A DNA stretch of 64,000 nt. It comes from a candidate division WWE3 bacterium (lineage in GTDB: Bacteria > Patescibacteriota > WWE3 > UBA101185 > UBA10185). Of this stretch, positions 36,575-47,080 are shown piece after piece (position 1 is the stretch's first letter; each line of letters opens with the position of its first letter). Where the stretch lies: contig WJKK01000001.1 of assembly GCA_014729135.1 (NCBI GenBank), positions 389,462 through 453,461 of the forward strand, read 5' to 3'. The translations under genes and the position numbers were made by a program. The notes under the pieces were generated by a model. It made no database searches, was not told where the DNA came from, and saw only the letters and a program-made list of their open reading frames with translations.

Positions 36575-38212
36575 ATGTCAGGATTAGTGTTTGGAATTAT
36601 CATTTCCGCGTTAGTTAGCGGAGGGGCAGTATATTTAGTTTTGGAGTCTAAAAAAGATAAGGGAGTTTCTAAGTCGGATGAACCGGTAGTACCTTCTATG
36701 GAGGGGGAACCGGAGGAAAAGGAAGCTGCAGAAGTGGCTGTAAAAGAAGAAACTCCAATTACGGAGCAGGTGGATGAGGCTACTTTAGCAAAAGCAAATC
36801 TTGCAAAACAGCATCTTATTCGTGAGGCAAAAAATCGTGCAAAAGAAATTCTTCTGGAGGCTAAGGACAAAGGTTTAGAAATAGTAAATGAGGCTGAGGA
36901 AAAGGCGCGTCAGGCAAAAAACGAGGCAGCCGGACTGGAAAAGGATTTAGCTGTTAGGGAGGCCAAAATAGAATCTCACGAAGAAGACATTAAAGAAAAG
37001 GCTGCTGCGCTAAAGCAGGCTCGTGAAGCTATAGAAAAGCGACAAGAGGACATTGATCAGCTATTTCACAAGCAAAAGAAAAAGCTTCAGGAAGTTTCGT
37101 CCTTAACTCGGGAAGAAGCACGTGAGATTTTACTAAAGCGTTTTGACAAGGAGCTGGCGGAAGAAAAAAGCAAGCGAATTCGTGAGCTGGAAAAGGAAAT
37201 AAAAGAAAAAGCGGATTCTAAGTCACAGGAAATCCTTTTGGAGGCTTTGCGCCATGGTTCTACCGACTACATAGTAGAGCACACTACTTCTAAGGTTAAA
37301 TTGGCGGACCCCGATATGAAGGGGAGAATTATAGGTAAGGAAGGCCGTAATATTAAAACTTTTGAAAAGTTAACCGGAGTAGAGCTGGATTTGGATGACT
37401 CTTCAGGTGACATTACGGTTTCTTGTTTTGACTCCGTTCGTAGGGAAATCGGAAAAATTGCCTTAGAGCGGTTAATAGCAGACGGTCGAATTCAGCCGGC
37501 AAGAATTGAGGATATTGTTGAGCAAACTCGCAAAGACATTGAGCACATAATTTACAAGGAAGGCGACAAGCTTTGCCACATGTTGGGAGTTTACGATTTG
37601 CCAAAGGATTTGGTTCGTACTTTGGGCAAGTTTAAGTATCGTTTCTCTTATGGCCAAAATATGACTAAGCACACGCTGGAGGTTGCTAAAATAGGAATTT
37701 CTCTGGCGCAGCAGCTTAATGCTGATGTAGACGTGGTTCGTATGGGGTGTTTGTTGCATGACGTAGGTAAGGTTTTAGGTGACGGTAAAGGCAGCCATGT
37801 AGATCTTGGCCTGGATTATCTAAAAGAGCATGGAGTTTCTCAGGACGTTCTAGCTTGTGTTAAAGAGCACCACGAAGATGATTACAGTTCTATTGAGGCG
37901 GCTATTGTTGCTTTGGCAGATCACATTAGTGGAGCTCGTCCGGGAGCCCGTTCTGAAGATTACGAGTCTTTTTCACAGCGAATGCGAGATTTGGAAGAAG
38001 CAGCTACAGCCTTTGACGGCGTAGAAAAAGCTTATGCCATCTCCTCCGGGAGGGAAGTGCGCGTCTTTGTAGAGCCCGATAAGGTGGATGATGCCTCTAC
38101 GGCCTTGCTAGCAAGAGAGATAGCACGTAAAATAGAGCTAGAGCAGACTTACCCGGGAGTTGTTAATGTGACGGTTATTCGAGAGACACGTAAAATGGAG
38201 ACAGCTCGTTAA
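36575..38212 (+). CDS. rny: ribonuclease Y
   Basis: 545 aa; N-terminal TM, coiled coil, KH domain, HD domain (LLHDVGK). Confidence 0.9.
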   Translation: MSGLVFGIIISALVSGGAVYLVLESKKDKGVSKSDEPVVPSMEGEPEEKEAAEVAVKEETPITEQVDEATLAKANLAKQHLIREAKNRAKEILLEAKDKGLEIVNEAEEKARQAKNEAAGLEKDLAVREAKIESHEEDIKEKAAALKQAREAIEKRQEDIDQLFHKQKKKLQEVSSLTREEAREILLKRFDKELAEEKSKRIRELEKEIKEKADSKSQEILLEALRHGSTDYIVEHTTSKVKLADPDMKGRIIGKEGRNIKTFEKLTGVELDLDDSSGDITVSCFDSVRREIGKIALERLIADGRIQPARIEDIVEQTRKDIEHIIYKEGDKLCHMLGVYDLPKDLVRTLGKFKYRFSYGQNMTKHTLEVAKIGISLAQQLNADVDVVRMGCLLHDVGKVLGDGKGSHVDLGLDYLKEHGVSQDVLACVKEHHEDDYSSIEAAIVALADHISGARPGARSEDYESFSQRMRDLEEAATAFDGVEKAYAISSGREVRVFVEPDKVDDASTALLAREIARKIELEQTYPGVVNVTVIRETRKMETAR

Positions 38213-38320
38213 GAAGGGCAGCAAGAAGGTCAGCAGAAGGAGTCTTAAAAAACGGAGCCCCCTGTTAGTGCTAGAGAGCCCCTTTGCTAAACAAACACTG
38301 CTCAAACTAGAAAGCAAAAA

Positions 38321-38533
38321 ATGTACTACATACTTTTAGGAATAGCGTTAATATTAGCTTATTCTTTAGTGACCAAATTGGTTAGTTCCTTAGTTAAGGG
38401 CTGTGCAATTGTTATTGGTTTGGCCCTTTTTGCAGGAGTAGTTTATGTTTTTATTGCTTCCACAAATCGCCCTATAACATTGTTAAATCGTTATGTAGTC
38501 GAAGATTTCACTGTTAGAAAGGTGGCAAATTAA
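38321..38533 (+). CDS. small two-TM membrane protein
   Basis: 70 aa, two hydrophobic helices; sits between rny and ymdB. Confidence 0.4.
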   Translation: MYYILLGIALILAYSLVTKLVSSLVKGCAIVIGLALFAGVVYVFIASTNRPITLLNRYVVEDFTVRKVAN

Positions 38534-39312
38534 TGCGCATTTTATTCATAGGAGACTTAGTAGGACGCCCCGGAAGATCCATTGTAAAAGACTTATTACC
38601 CCAAATTAGAAAAGATGAAGATGTAGACCTCGTTATTGCCTCCGCAGACAACTTAGCAGGAGGTAGAGGGGCTACAAGAGGCACTATAAACGAAACGAGA
38701 GATGCCGGTGTGGACTTTTTTACAGGAGGCGATCACATTTTTCATCATCGCGAATTTGAACAAGACATAGAGGATTTACCTATTGTAAGGCCCGCAAATT
38801 ATCCCGGAGATGCCCCCGGAGTAGGTTATGCTGTTATTGATTTAGGCTCTAAAGGTTCTGTTTTGTTAATTAACTTAATGGGGCGTACAGCTTTCGGGGG
38901 TCCGCAGGCATATTTAGAGGATCCTTTTACAAGAGCAGCTGAAATTTTAGAAGAATTTTCCTCAGAAGAGGATTTAATTAGGTTAGTGGATTTTCATGCA
39001 GAGGCTACAAGTGAGAAGAAAGCATTAGGTTTTTACCTGGATGGGCGTGTTGACGGAGTTTTTGGTACTCACACGCACGTTCCTACTTGTGATGCTCGAA
39101 TTCTCCCTTTAGGAACAGCTTATGTGACGGATGTGGGTATGTCGGGAAATATCGAATCCGTGTTGGGAGTTAAAAAAGATATTATAATCGAGCTTTTCCT
39201 AACCGCGAGACTGCAAAAGTTTGAATGGGAAAACACTGGTACAAAAGCGTTTAGAAGTGTATTATTGAATACGGACTCCAATCACATAAAACGATTGGAT
39301 TTTGAAAAGTAA
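38533..39312 (+). CDS. ymdB: YmdB-family metallophosphoesterase (2',3'-cyclic nucleotide phosphodiesterase)
   Basis: 259 aa; MRILFIGDLVGRPGR...GGDH...; rny-ymdB synteny as in Bacillus subtilis. Confidence 0.8.
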   Translation: MRILFIGDLVGRPGRSIVKDLLPQIRKDEDVDLVIASADNLAGGRGATRGTINETRDAGVDFFTGGDHIFHHREFEQDIEDLPIVRPANYPGDAPGVGYAVIDLGSKGSVLLINLMGRTAFGGPQAYLEDPFTRAAEILEEFSSEEDLIRLVDFHAEATSEKKALGFYLDGRVDGVFGTHTHVPTCDARILPLGTAYVTDVGMSGNIESVLGVKKDIIIELFLTARLQKFEWENTGTKAFRSVLLNTDSNHIKRLDFEK

Positions 39313-39351
39313 TTAATGCCAGGCAGTTTGAAAGGGGGTGTACTAACCTAA

Positions 39352-39627
39352 ATGACAAAAACAGATCTAATAGATTTAGTTGCTGATCAAGCCGGTTTAA
39401 CCAAGGTAGATGCTAAGAAAGCAGTTGACGCTGTTGATGAAATCATCGGAGATGCATTGAGCAGAGGTGAGAAAGTAACTTGGACCGGATTTGGTACCTT
39501 TGAGGTTCGATCACGAGCCGCTCGAATGGGGAGGAATCCTCAGACAGGAGCTCCTATGCGAATTCCTGCAACAAAGACCCCCGCTTTCCGAGCAGGTAAG
39601 GGACTTAAGGACTCAGTTAAGGACTAA
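39352..39627 (+). CDS. hup: DNA-binding protein HU
   Basis: 91 aa; ...[21 protein letters not shown]... HU signature. Confidence 0.9.
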   Translation: MTKTDLIDLVADQAGLTKVDAKKAVDAVDEIIGDALSRGEKVTWTGFGTFEVRSRAARMGRNPQTGAPMRIPATKTPAFRAGKGLKDSVKD

Positions 39628-39736
39628 ACATAAACTAAGCTTTATTTAAGCTTTACTGACTTGCGGTTTTAGCTTTTGCTTTGGCTGTGAGTCAATGGAG
39701 GAGGGGCTTTTTCTAAGCTTTTTCTCTAAAACAAAA

Positions 39737-39759
39737 CCCCGTTAATAGCGGGGTTTTTG
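39737..39759 (+). terminator. intrinsic terminator after hup
   Basis: CCCCG-ttaatag-CGGGG hairpin followed by TTTTT. Confidence 0.7.
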
Positions 39760-39771
39760 TATAATTTAAAC

Positions 39772-40908
39772 ATGAAAATCGGAATAGATTGCCAATACCT
39801 ATCCAAAAAATACCCTGCAGGACCTGAAAAATACCTCATAAACTTATTAAACGCCCTATCAAAGACAGATAAATCCAATAATTACACCCTTTACTTCAAA
39901 TCCACTCCCTCACAAAAATTACTAAAAACACTTACAAACGCTTCCTCAAATTTTTACTCTAAAGTTTTAAACTCAAACCTCTCATGGACACAACACGCTC
40001 TAACAAAAGAACTCCTAAAAAATCCCCCTGACGTTTTCTTTACAGCCTTTCACACACTTCCTGTTTTAGCAACATTTCCTCCATTTAAAGCGCTTAAAAA
40101 AACAAAAATTGTAAGCATGATTCATGGAATTGATTACATCTACGAATACAAAAATCCATTACGCAAATTTTGGGAAGGTCTGCCCTTGCGTTACACTGCT
40201 TACTTCTCGGATGCAATTATTGTTCCGGCAGCACACACAAAAGAAAAACTTTCCAAATTTCCTTGGCTAGTAGCCTCCAAAAAAATAACTGTAATTCCTG
40301 AAGGGGTTGATAATCGCTTTAAAAAATACTCCCAAGATCAAGTAAAACAAGTTCAAGAAAAATTTAACTTAGCACAAAAGCCTTACTTTCTTTTCATCTC
40401 CACAATTCAACCGCGAAAAAATATCCCTAACTTAGTAGCTGGATTTGCCCAAGCTTTAAAATCCGATCAAATCCCTGAAAATGCAGTTTTAGCTTTAGCA
40501 GGAAAAAAAGGATGGGACTATGAAGAAAGCTTAGAAGCTCCTCAAAAATACAACGTACAAAAAAACGTAAAATTTTTAGGCCGTATTTCTGATCAAGACT
40601 TACCCCCTTTACTTTCAGGAGCAACTGCTTTTGTTAGCACCTCCTTTGAAGAAGGCTTTGGACTTCCCTTGTTAGAGGCAATGGCTAGTGAAGTTCCTTG
40701 TGTAGTTTCGGAAATACCTTCATATAAAGCTTTAGCAAAAGAAACCGCTGTTTTTGTAGACCCTTATGATCCCGACTCCATTGCAAAAGGACTAGCAGAG
40801 GCTTCCACTACAAATCCGCAAACCCTAAAAAAAGCCAAAGAAACGGCACAAAAATACTCCTGGGAGGAAACCGCCAAAAAAACATTACAAGTATTTAAAA
40901 ACACCTAA
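39772..40908 (+). CDS. glycosyltransferase family 4 (GT-B fold)
   Basis: ORF 39757 trimmed to the ATG at 39772 (after the terminator); C-terminal EGFGLPLLEAMA GT4 motif. Confidence 0.75.
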   Translation: MKIGIDCQYLSKKYPAGPEKYLINLLNALSKTDKSNNYTLYFKSTPSQKLLKTLTNASSNFYSKVLNSNLSWTQHALTKELLKNPPDVFFTAFHTLPVLATFPPFKALKKTKIVSMIHGIDYIYEYKNPLRKFWEGLPLRYTAYFSDAIIVPAAHTKEKLSKFPWLVASKKITVIPEGVDNRFKKYSQDQVKQVQEKFNLAQKPYFLFISTIQPRKNIPNLVAGFAQALKSDQIPENAVLALAGKKGWDYEESLEAPQKYNVQKNVKFLGRISDQDLPPLLSGATAFVSTSFEEGFGLPLLEAMASEVPCVVSEIPSYKALAKETAVFVDPYDPDSIAKGLAEASTTNPQTLKKAKETAQKYSWEETAKKTLQVFKNT

Positions 40909-40993
40909 GCTATTATTTAAGACACCTAAAGCCCAAAAGCAAACCAACCTTTTTTACTTTTTACAACAAACAAAATCCACTATAATTTAAACA

Positions 40994-42049
40994 ATGCCTA
41001 TAAACCTGCTCGACGATCAGACAAAAATAGTCAACGATTGGCGCAAAGACAATCATGCCATTAAAAAATACAGCTTTTTGCATTTAGTTCTACCGCATCC
41101 CGAAGAAAAGCGCAGGGCTAAGCTTTTATCTTCAAAAGCGCTTTCAATTTATACGCTAATTTTAGTTCTAATTTTTGGGGCTTTTAAATTTATTCCACGT
41201 GTGGCTCCCGGAGTTTTGGGATATGCCTCTAACATTCATGTTCAAAATTTGCTGAAGGAAACTAATAAAATTCGTGCTGAGTCGGGTCTTGCTCCTTTAA
41301 AGATGAACAACGCTTTGTCACGGGCGGCACAGGCCAAAGCAAAGGACATGTTTGAGGACAATTATTGGGCGCATGTGGCTCCGGATGGGACGCAGCCTTG
41401 GGATTTCATTTTGCAGGCCGGTTATGATTATTCTTTTGCGGGCGAGAATTTGGCAAAAAACTTTAATGAATCTTCTGAGGTGGTTCGTGCTTGGTATGAT
41501 TCGCCTTCACATAGGGAAAATCTTTTAAGTGCAAATTATGATGAGATAGGTTTTGCAGTTGTTAATGGCGTTTTGGATGGTTATGAGACGACTTTGGTTG
41601 TGCAAACTTTTGGTCGGCAGCGAACGCCTACGTATTTGAGTTCGGCTAGTAATGAGCCTGTAGAGACTATAGAGGAGTCTGTTCCGGCGGAGGCTCCGGG
41701 GGAGACGCAGGGTTTGCAGGAGGTTTCCACAGATTTAGAGCAGATGGCGCCAAATGAAGATACAGAGGTGATCTTACTGGAGGAGTCCAAGCCCACCGCT
41801 ACTATTGACCTCCCCGGAGGTTTGCCTGAAGAAGACATAACGTTACCTGCTATAGACATAACTGCAGCCTCTCAATTTATAAACATTGGTTTTGTAGGCT
41901 TTTTGGGAAGTTTGTTAGTTGTAGACATTTGGTATTCAAAAAGAAAAGGCATTCGCAAAATTTCCGGGCATGCTTTGGCACACATTTTATTCTTGATTTT
42001 TGCATTTGTAGGTATGTGGTTTGCTTTATCACCGGGAAAGATTTTGTAG
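40994..42049 (+). CDS. CAP/SCP/PR-1-like domain membrane protein
   Basis: 351 aa; N-terminal TM, CAP core (...WYDSPSHRENLLSANYDEIGFAV...), acidic linker, C-terminal 2 TM. Confidence 0.65.
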   Translation: MPINLLDDQTKIVNDWRKDNHAIKKYSFLHLVLPHPEEKRRAKLLSSKALSIYTLILVLIFGAFKFIPRVAPGVLGYASNIHVQNLLKETNKIRAESGLAPLKMNNALSRAAQAKAKDMFEDNYWAHVAPDGTQPWDFILQAGYDYSFAGENLAKNFNESSEVVRAWYDSPSHRENLLSANYDEIGFAVVNGVLDGYETTLVVQTFGRQRTPTYLSSASNEPVETIEESVPAEAPGETQGLQEVSTDLEQMAPNEDTEVILLEESKPTATIDLPGGLPEEDITLPAIDITAASQFINIGFVGFLGSLLVVDIWYSKRKGIRKISGHALAHILFLIFAFVGMWFALSPGKIL

Positions 42050-42091
42050 TGCTTCAGCGGTAGTAAGGCCCAATATCAAAACTAAAACTTT

Positions 42092-42349
42092 ATGACACAA
42101 CACGAAAAACACATAGCACATTACTCCATTTTAATAAGTGGTCTAGGTCTTTTAGGCGTTCTATTCATCCTTTTTCGATACAATGAACCGCTTCAAATCT
42201 TTGTAGGTGGCTTGGGTTGTCTTTTTTACATTCTTTGGGGTATATTTCATCATGCTTTGGAAGAGCGAATTACCAAACTTGTGGTGTTTGAGTACGTTTC
42301 TTTTGGGTTGCTGGGCTTAATTTTGCTGATTTTATTTGTGACGATATAG
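42092..42349 (+). CDS. small membrane protein (85 aa, 3 TM)
   Basis: hydrophobicity only. Confidence 0.4.
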   Translation: MTQHEKHIAHYSILISGLGLLGVLFILFRYNEPLQIFVGGLGCLFYILWGIFHHALEERITKLVVFEYVSFGLLGLILLILFVTI

Positions 42350-42446
42350 ACTTCTGTGAAAGGCGCTCCAATTGGAATCACGAAAAAACTTTGCAAATCT
42401 AAAACTCCATTTGTGCTTAAGGCCTTAGCCGTTTAAAATTTAATCT

Positions 42447-43574
42447 ATGAAAACAGTTATTGTAATTCCCACTTATAACGAGCGGGAAAATATTCAAAAG
42501 CTTATTCCTGCCGTTGAAGACGTTTTAACAGAGGTTCCCGAAAAGCATGAAGTTTCTATTTTAGTAGTCGACGGCAATTCCCCGGATGGTACCGGTGAAG
42601 TGGTAGAGCAGTTTTCAGAGGAGTATCCCAACGTTCACCTTTTGCTGGAAAATGAAAAGAATGGTTTAGGTGCTGCTTACGTTTATGGCTTTAAGTACGC
42701 TATGAATGAAATGGATGCCGACGTCATTATAGAAATGGATGCCGACTTTCAGCATGATCCTGCGGACTTGCCTCGTTTTATAAAAGCTATAGAAGAAGGC
42801 GCTGATTATGTTATAGGCTCCCGTTTTGTTAAAGGGGGAAGTATCCCTAAAGACTGGGCTTTTTACAGAAAGTTTTTAAGTTGGGGTGGAAGCCTTTTTT
42901 CCAAAGTAGTTTTAGGTATTTTTAGTGTTAACGACTTTACAACAGGTTACAAAGCTTCAAGAGTTAAAGGTTTTGTAGACAAGATGGATTTAGATGCAAT
43001 TTTATCCCAAGGATTTGCCTACAAAATAGATTTATTACATCGCATGCATCGTTTAGGGTCTAAAATAAAGGAAATCCCCATTGATTTTGCTTTGCGTGAA
43101 GAGGGCGACTCTAAAATGGAAGGCAACAATATGCTTGATTCCTTACGAGTAGTTTTAACGCTGCGCCTTCGCGAACTTCAGCGATTTTTAAAGTTTATAG
43201 TTGTGGGATTTATAGGACTTTTCACCGATTTAGGCCTTTTCAACCTGCTCATCCTTTTAACGACATTACCTGAAAAATACTCCAGTGGAGCTTCCGGATT
43301 CATTGCCATGAACGTAACCTTTCTATTAAATAACTTTTGGTCCTTTGGCGACTCCAAAGTAACCAAAGTCAGCAACATCCTCAAAAAAGTACCCCTTTAT
43401 TACCTAATTTCCTACGCTCCTATAATCTTTAGAAGTTGGCTAATAAACTTTTCACTTCAAAACATTGCAGACAACTGGCTAGTGGCAAATCTTGCTTTCT
43501 TTATGGGAATTACCATAGGCTTAATCTGGAATTTTACTTTTTATAGTAAAATAATCTGGCAGAAAAATGATTGA
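42447..43574 (+). CDS. GT2 polyprenyl-phosphate sugar synthase (Dpm1-like) fused to C-terminal GtrA-like 4-TM domain
   Basis: 375 aa; VIPTYNEREN...VVDGNSPDGT...DADFQHDP GT2 motifs; C-terminal FLKFIVVGFIGLFTDLGLFNLL GtrA-like. Confidence 0.8.
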   Translation: MKTVIVIPTYNERENIQKLIPAVEDVLTEVPEKHEVSILVVDGNSPDGTGEVVEQFSEEYPNVHLLLENEKNGLGAAYVYGFKYAMNEMDADVIIEMDADFQHDPADLPRFIKAIEEGADYVIGSRFVKGGSIPKDWAFYRKFLSWGGSLFSKVVLGIFSVNDFTTGYKASRVKGFVDKMDLDAILSQGFAYKIDLLHRMHRLGSKIKEIPIDFALREEGDSKMEGNNMLDSLRVVLTLRLRELQRFLKFIVVGFIGLFTDLGLFNLLILLTTLPEKYSSGASGFIAMNVTFLLNNFWSFGDSKVTKVSNILKKVPLYYLISYAPIIFRSWLINFSLQNIADNWLVANLAFFMGITIGLIWNFTFYSKIIWQKND

Positions 43575-44322
43575 TTATTCTATAGTTATACCCGCTTATA
43601 ATGAGTCGGGGAAAATAACTGCCTCCTTAACTCAGGTTGTAAATTTTATGAACTCTTTTAATGAGTCTTATGAAGTTGTAGTGGTGGATGATGGTAGTGA
43701 AGACGATACGGTGGCAAAGATTGAGGCTTATCAAAAGGAGCATCCGAAAATTCGTTTAATTAAGAATCCGCATAAAGGGAAGGGTCCGACAGTTTGGAAG
43801 GGTATTATGGAGGCTAAAGGTAACTATATTTATTTGGCGGATGCTGATCTTTCTTCTCCTATGGAGGAGCTTAAAAAGATGGCGGTTTGGCTTACGGATC
43901 ATGATTATGATTTGGCCATAGCCTCTCGGGAAGGTCATGGTGCTCAAAGAGTAGATGAACCTTTTTATCGGCATTTAATGGGGCGCGTTTTTAATTTTTG
44001 GGTACAGGTTGTGGCTTTACCGGGAATAAAAGACTCCCAATGTGGTTTCAAGCTTTTTAAAAATGAGGTGGCAAAGGATATTTTTTCACGTTTAACAATT
44101 TATGGTGAAGATGCTCCTGAAATTAAAAAAGCTTACATGGGAGCTTTTGATGTAGAGGTTTTATTTATTGCTTTGCAGCTTGGTTACAAGATTAAGGAGG
44201 TTCCTGTGAAATGGGTTTATGTGGAGACTACGCGTTTAAACCCTCTTTCAGATTCAATAGATATGGCTTTGGACGTGCTAAAAGTAAGATTAAATACTTT
44301 AAAAGGAGTTTATAATTTATGA
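43567..44322 (+). CDS. GT2 glycosyltransferase (Dpm1/GtrB-like)
   Basis: 251 aa; VIPAYNES...VVDDGSEDDT...YLADADLSSP. Confidence 0.75.
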   Translation: MIDYSIVIPAYNESGKITASLTQVVNFMNSFNESYEVVVVDDGSEDDTVAKIEAYQKEHPKIRLIKNPHKGKGPTVWKGIMEAKGNYIYLADADLSSPMEELKKMAVWLTDHDYDLAIASREGHGAQRVDEPFYRHLMGRVFNFWVQVVALPGIKDSQCGFKLFKNEVAKDIFSRLTIYGEDAPEIKKAYMGAFDVEVLFIALQLGYKIKEVPVKWVYVETTRLNPLSDSIDMALDVLKVRLNTLKGVYNL

Positions 44323-45683
44323 AATTATGTGTCGTAGGTACAGGATATGTTGGTTTAGTGGGAGCAGCGGTTTTTGCAGATTGGGGTAATGAAGTTGTGG
44401 GAGTTGATATTGATGAGGAGAAGATTAAAAAGATTCAATCGGGTGAGATGCCAATTTATGAACCGGGTTTGGCGGAAATTGTTTTAGATAACATTGATCA
44501 GGGGAGGCTTACTTTTACCACTTCGTTGGCCAAGGGCATGAAGGATGCTGATTTAGTTTTTATTTGTGTGGGAACTCCTCAGGATGATAAGACCGGTGCT
44601 GCTAATTTAAGTGCCGTTTTAGGGGTTGCGGCAGAAATTGGCGGGAATTTGGATGGTTATAAGGTTGTTGTTACTAAGAGCACTGTTCCTGTTGGTACCA
44701 ATGAGCGTGTTAAGCAGATAGTTCGTGAAAATGCTCCTAAAGGAGCTCACTTTGATGTCGCTTCAAATCCGGAGTTTTTGCGGGAGGGTTCCTCTGTTGA
44801 GGACATGAATGTAACAGATCGTGTGGTTATTGGGGCGGAGTCGGAAAAAGCTTTTGAGAAGGTGAAAAGCTTGTATGACCACTTGAATGCGGTTATCGTT
44901 GAAACGGATTTGCGGTCGGCGGAGATGATTAAGTATGCTTCTAATTCTTTTTTGGCTACTAAAATTTCCTTTATTAATGAGATGGCTCAGATTTGTGAGC
45001 GCGCAGGGGCGGATGTTAGTGAAGTTGCTTACGGGATGGGACTTGATAAGCGTGTTGGTAAGTACTTTTTGCGTGCCGGGATAGGTTATGGAGGTAGTTG
45101 TTTCCCTAAGGACGTGGCTGCTTTGTATAAAACTTCTACTGATAAAGCTTACGATTTTAAGTTGCTGCGATCGGTTATGGAGGTAAATGAAAATCAGCGC
45201 CATTATTTTATGGATAAGGTTACGGATTATTTTGGGATGAATTTGGACGGCAAGACGATTGCTTGTTTAGGTCTGGCTTTTAAGTCTAATACGGATGATA
45301 TTCGGGAGTCGGTTTCTATTAAGATTGTACAGGCTTTGCGTGGTTTGGGGGCTAAAATCAAGGCTTATGATCCTAAGGCTATGGAAAATGCTCAAGGAGT
45401 TTTGGGTGACTTTGGGATTGAGTATGGCGAGGGGATTTATGAGGTTATGAAAGATGCTGATGGTTTGTGTTTGTTAACCGAATGGAGCCAATTTGGCGAG
45501 TTGGATTTGGAGCGGGTTAAGCAGGAGATGAAGGGTAAGGTGATTTTTGACGGTCGCAATTTGCTTGATAAAGAGGCGGTTGAAAAGGCGGGCTTTACGT
45601 ATTTTGCCATTGGTAAGCGTACAAACGGAGGGGAATATGGCCGGTTTGAGGGTGGTTCTGCTATTTTAAAGGATGCCTCTTAA
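44319..45683 (+). CDS. ugd: UDP-glucose 6-dehydrogenase
   Basis: 454 aa; N-terminal GTGYVG Rossmann motif, GGSCFPKD catalytic Cys motif. Confidence 0.85.
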   Translation: MKLCVVGTGYVGLVGAAVFADWGNEVVGVDIDEEKIKKIQSGEMPIYEPGLAEIVLDNIDQGRLTFTTSLAKGMKDADLVFICVGTPQDDKTGAANLSAVLGVAAEIGGNLDGYKVVVTKSTVPVGTNERVKQIVRENAPKGAHFDVASNPEFLREGSSVEDMNVTDRVVIGAESEKAFEKVKSLYDHLNAVIVETDLRSAEMIKYASNSFLATKISFINEMAQICERAGADVSEVAYGMGLDKRVGKYFLRAGIGYGGSCFPKDVAALYKTSTDKAYDFKLLRSVMEVNENQRHYFMDKVTDYFGMNLDGKTIACLGLAFKSNTDDIRESVSIKIVQALRGLGAKIKAYDPKAMENAQGVLGDFGIEYGEGIYEVMKDADGLCLLTEWSQFGELDLERVKQEMKGKVIFDGRNLLDKEAVEKAGFTYFAIGKRTNGGEYGRFEGGSAILKDAS

Positions 45684-46926
45684 TAACAATCTTAAAGACA
45701 ATAAAAGTGGTATGAAAAGGGTTTTGGTTTTGGTGCCTGAATTTCCTCGGTTAACTGAGACGTTTATTCAACGTGAAATTTCTAAGTTGATTGAGCTTGG
45801 TAATTTGGATGTTACGGTTTTTGCTATGGCAAAGGCAACTGGGAAGTTGATGGATAATGTCAAGGGTCACGTTGTTTATAAGCGCTTGTCTGTGGTTTCC
45901 GGTATTCGGGCTTTTTTCTATTTTTTACCGCAATTGGCTAAGGTTTTGCGGGTTTACTTCTGGTTTATTCGGCAAAGTTTAGCTGAAAAGGAAGCGTGTG
46001 TTCTGAAGGCTCCTTACTTTTTTGCCAAAAGTTGCGGTTATGCCTATTTATTTGCTGAAGAGACTCCGGAGTATATTCATGCCAACTTTATGTCCTGGCC
46101 CTCTACTATGGCGCTGATTGCCTCCAAGTTGCTGGATATCCCTTATAGCATTTCAGCCCATGCCAAGGATGTAATGGTGGAGGGGGAGTACTTTGAGGCA
46201 AAGGTGGCTAGCGCTAAGTTTATTGCAATTTGTAATGTTTATGCTTATAAATCGTGTCTGGACCAGTCCGGTAAAAAGGATCCCAAGAATGTTTTGCTTA
46301 GGTATCACGGGATTGATCCTTCCAAGGCTTTTGATGTGGATGTAAGTGTTGAAAAGCCGGCTAGAGTGGTTTTATGTAATGTAGGTGATCGATTGGTTGC
46401 TAAGAAGGGGCAGAAGTATCTTATTGAGGCTGCAAAAATTCTTAAAGATAGGGGTTATGATTTTGAGTTGCATATTGGCGGTCCTGGTCCTTTGTATGAG
46501 GAGTTGATGGCGCAAATTAAGGATTTAGGTTTGACGGATGTGGTGTTTATTCATGGTGAGGGTGAGGGGGTGCCTTTTGAAACGGTGGTGTCTTATTTAA
46601 AGATTGCGGATATTGTGGTTAAGTCGAATATTAATTTGGGTTCGGGGGATGCTGATGGGATTCCTACTTCGGTTATTGAGGCGGCAATGATGGGGAAGCC
46701 TGTTGTGGCAACGGATGCGGGTAGTGTTACTGATTTGATTGTTAATGAGGAGACGGGTTTGATAGTTTCGCAGCGGAATCCGGAGGAGTTGGCTGAGGCG
46801 GTTGTAAGGCTTTTGGATAATCCCGATTTAGCGAGTGAGTTAGCTTCTTCGGCAAAGGAAAAAGCGTTTGAAATGTTTGATTTAACCCGAAATGTGCAAG
46901 AAATCGAGCAACTGATTCTGAACTAG
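45673..46926 (+). CDS. glycosyltransferase family 4
   Basis: 417 aa; ...EAAMMGKPVVATDAGS... GT4 C-terminal domain. Confidence 0.75.
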   Translation: MPLNNNLKDNKSGMKRVLVLVPEFPRLTETFIQREISKLIELGNLDVTVFAMAKATGKLMDNVKGHVVYKRLSVVSGIRAFFYFLPQLAKVLRVYFWFIRQSLAEKEACVLKAPYFFAKSCGYAYLFAEETPEYIHANFMSWPSTMALIASKLLDIPYSISAHAKDVMVEGEYFEAKVASAKFIAICNVYAYKSCLDQSGKKDPKNVLLRYHGIDPSKAFDVDVSVEKPARVVLCNVGDRLVAKKGQKYLIEAAKILKDRGYDFELHIGGPGPLYEELMAQIKDLGLTDVVFIHGEGEGVPFETVVSYLKIADIVVKSNINLGSGDADGIPTSVIEAAMMGKPVVATDAGSVTDLIVNEETGLIVSQRNPEELAEAVVRLLDNPDLASELASSAKEKAFEMFDLTRNVQEIEQLILN

Positions 46927-47080
46927 TTTTTCCCAGCACATACACTTTTGCATATTTTATTTCAACTAGCCAAGAGGAATGTCAAGTGTAGTGAAGCTAC
47001 CTTGACTTTTTAGGTAAATGCGTGCGGAGCACCATTTAGCTATGCTGTCCCTTTTTTCCACCCATGCTAGAATACAAACC

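Noticed and set aside
36553-36870. 105-aa minus-strand ORF overlapping the start of rny
   Set aside because: Antisense to the well-supported RNase Y N-terminus and a Ser/Ala-rich low-complexity translation.
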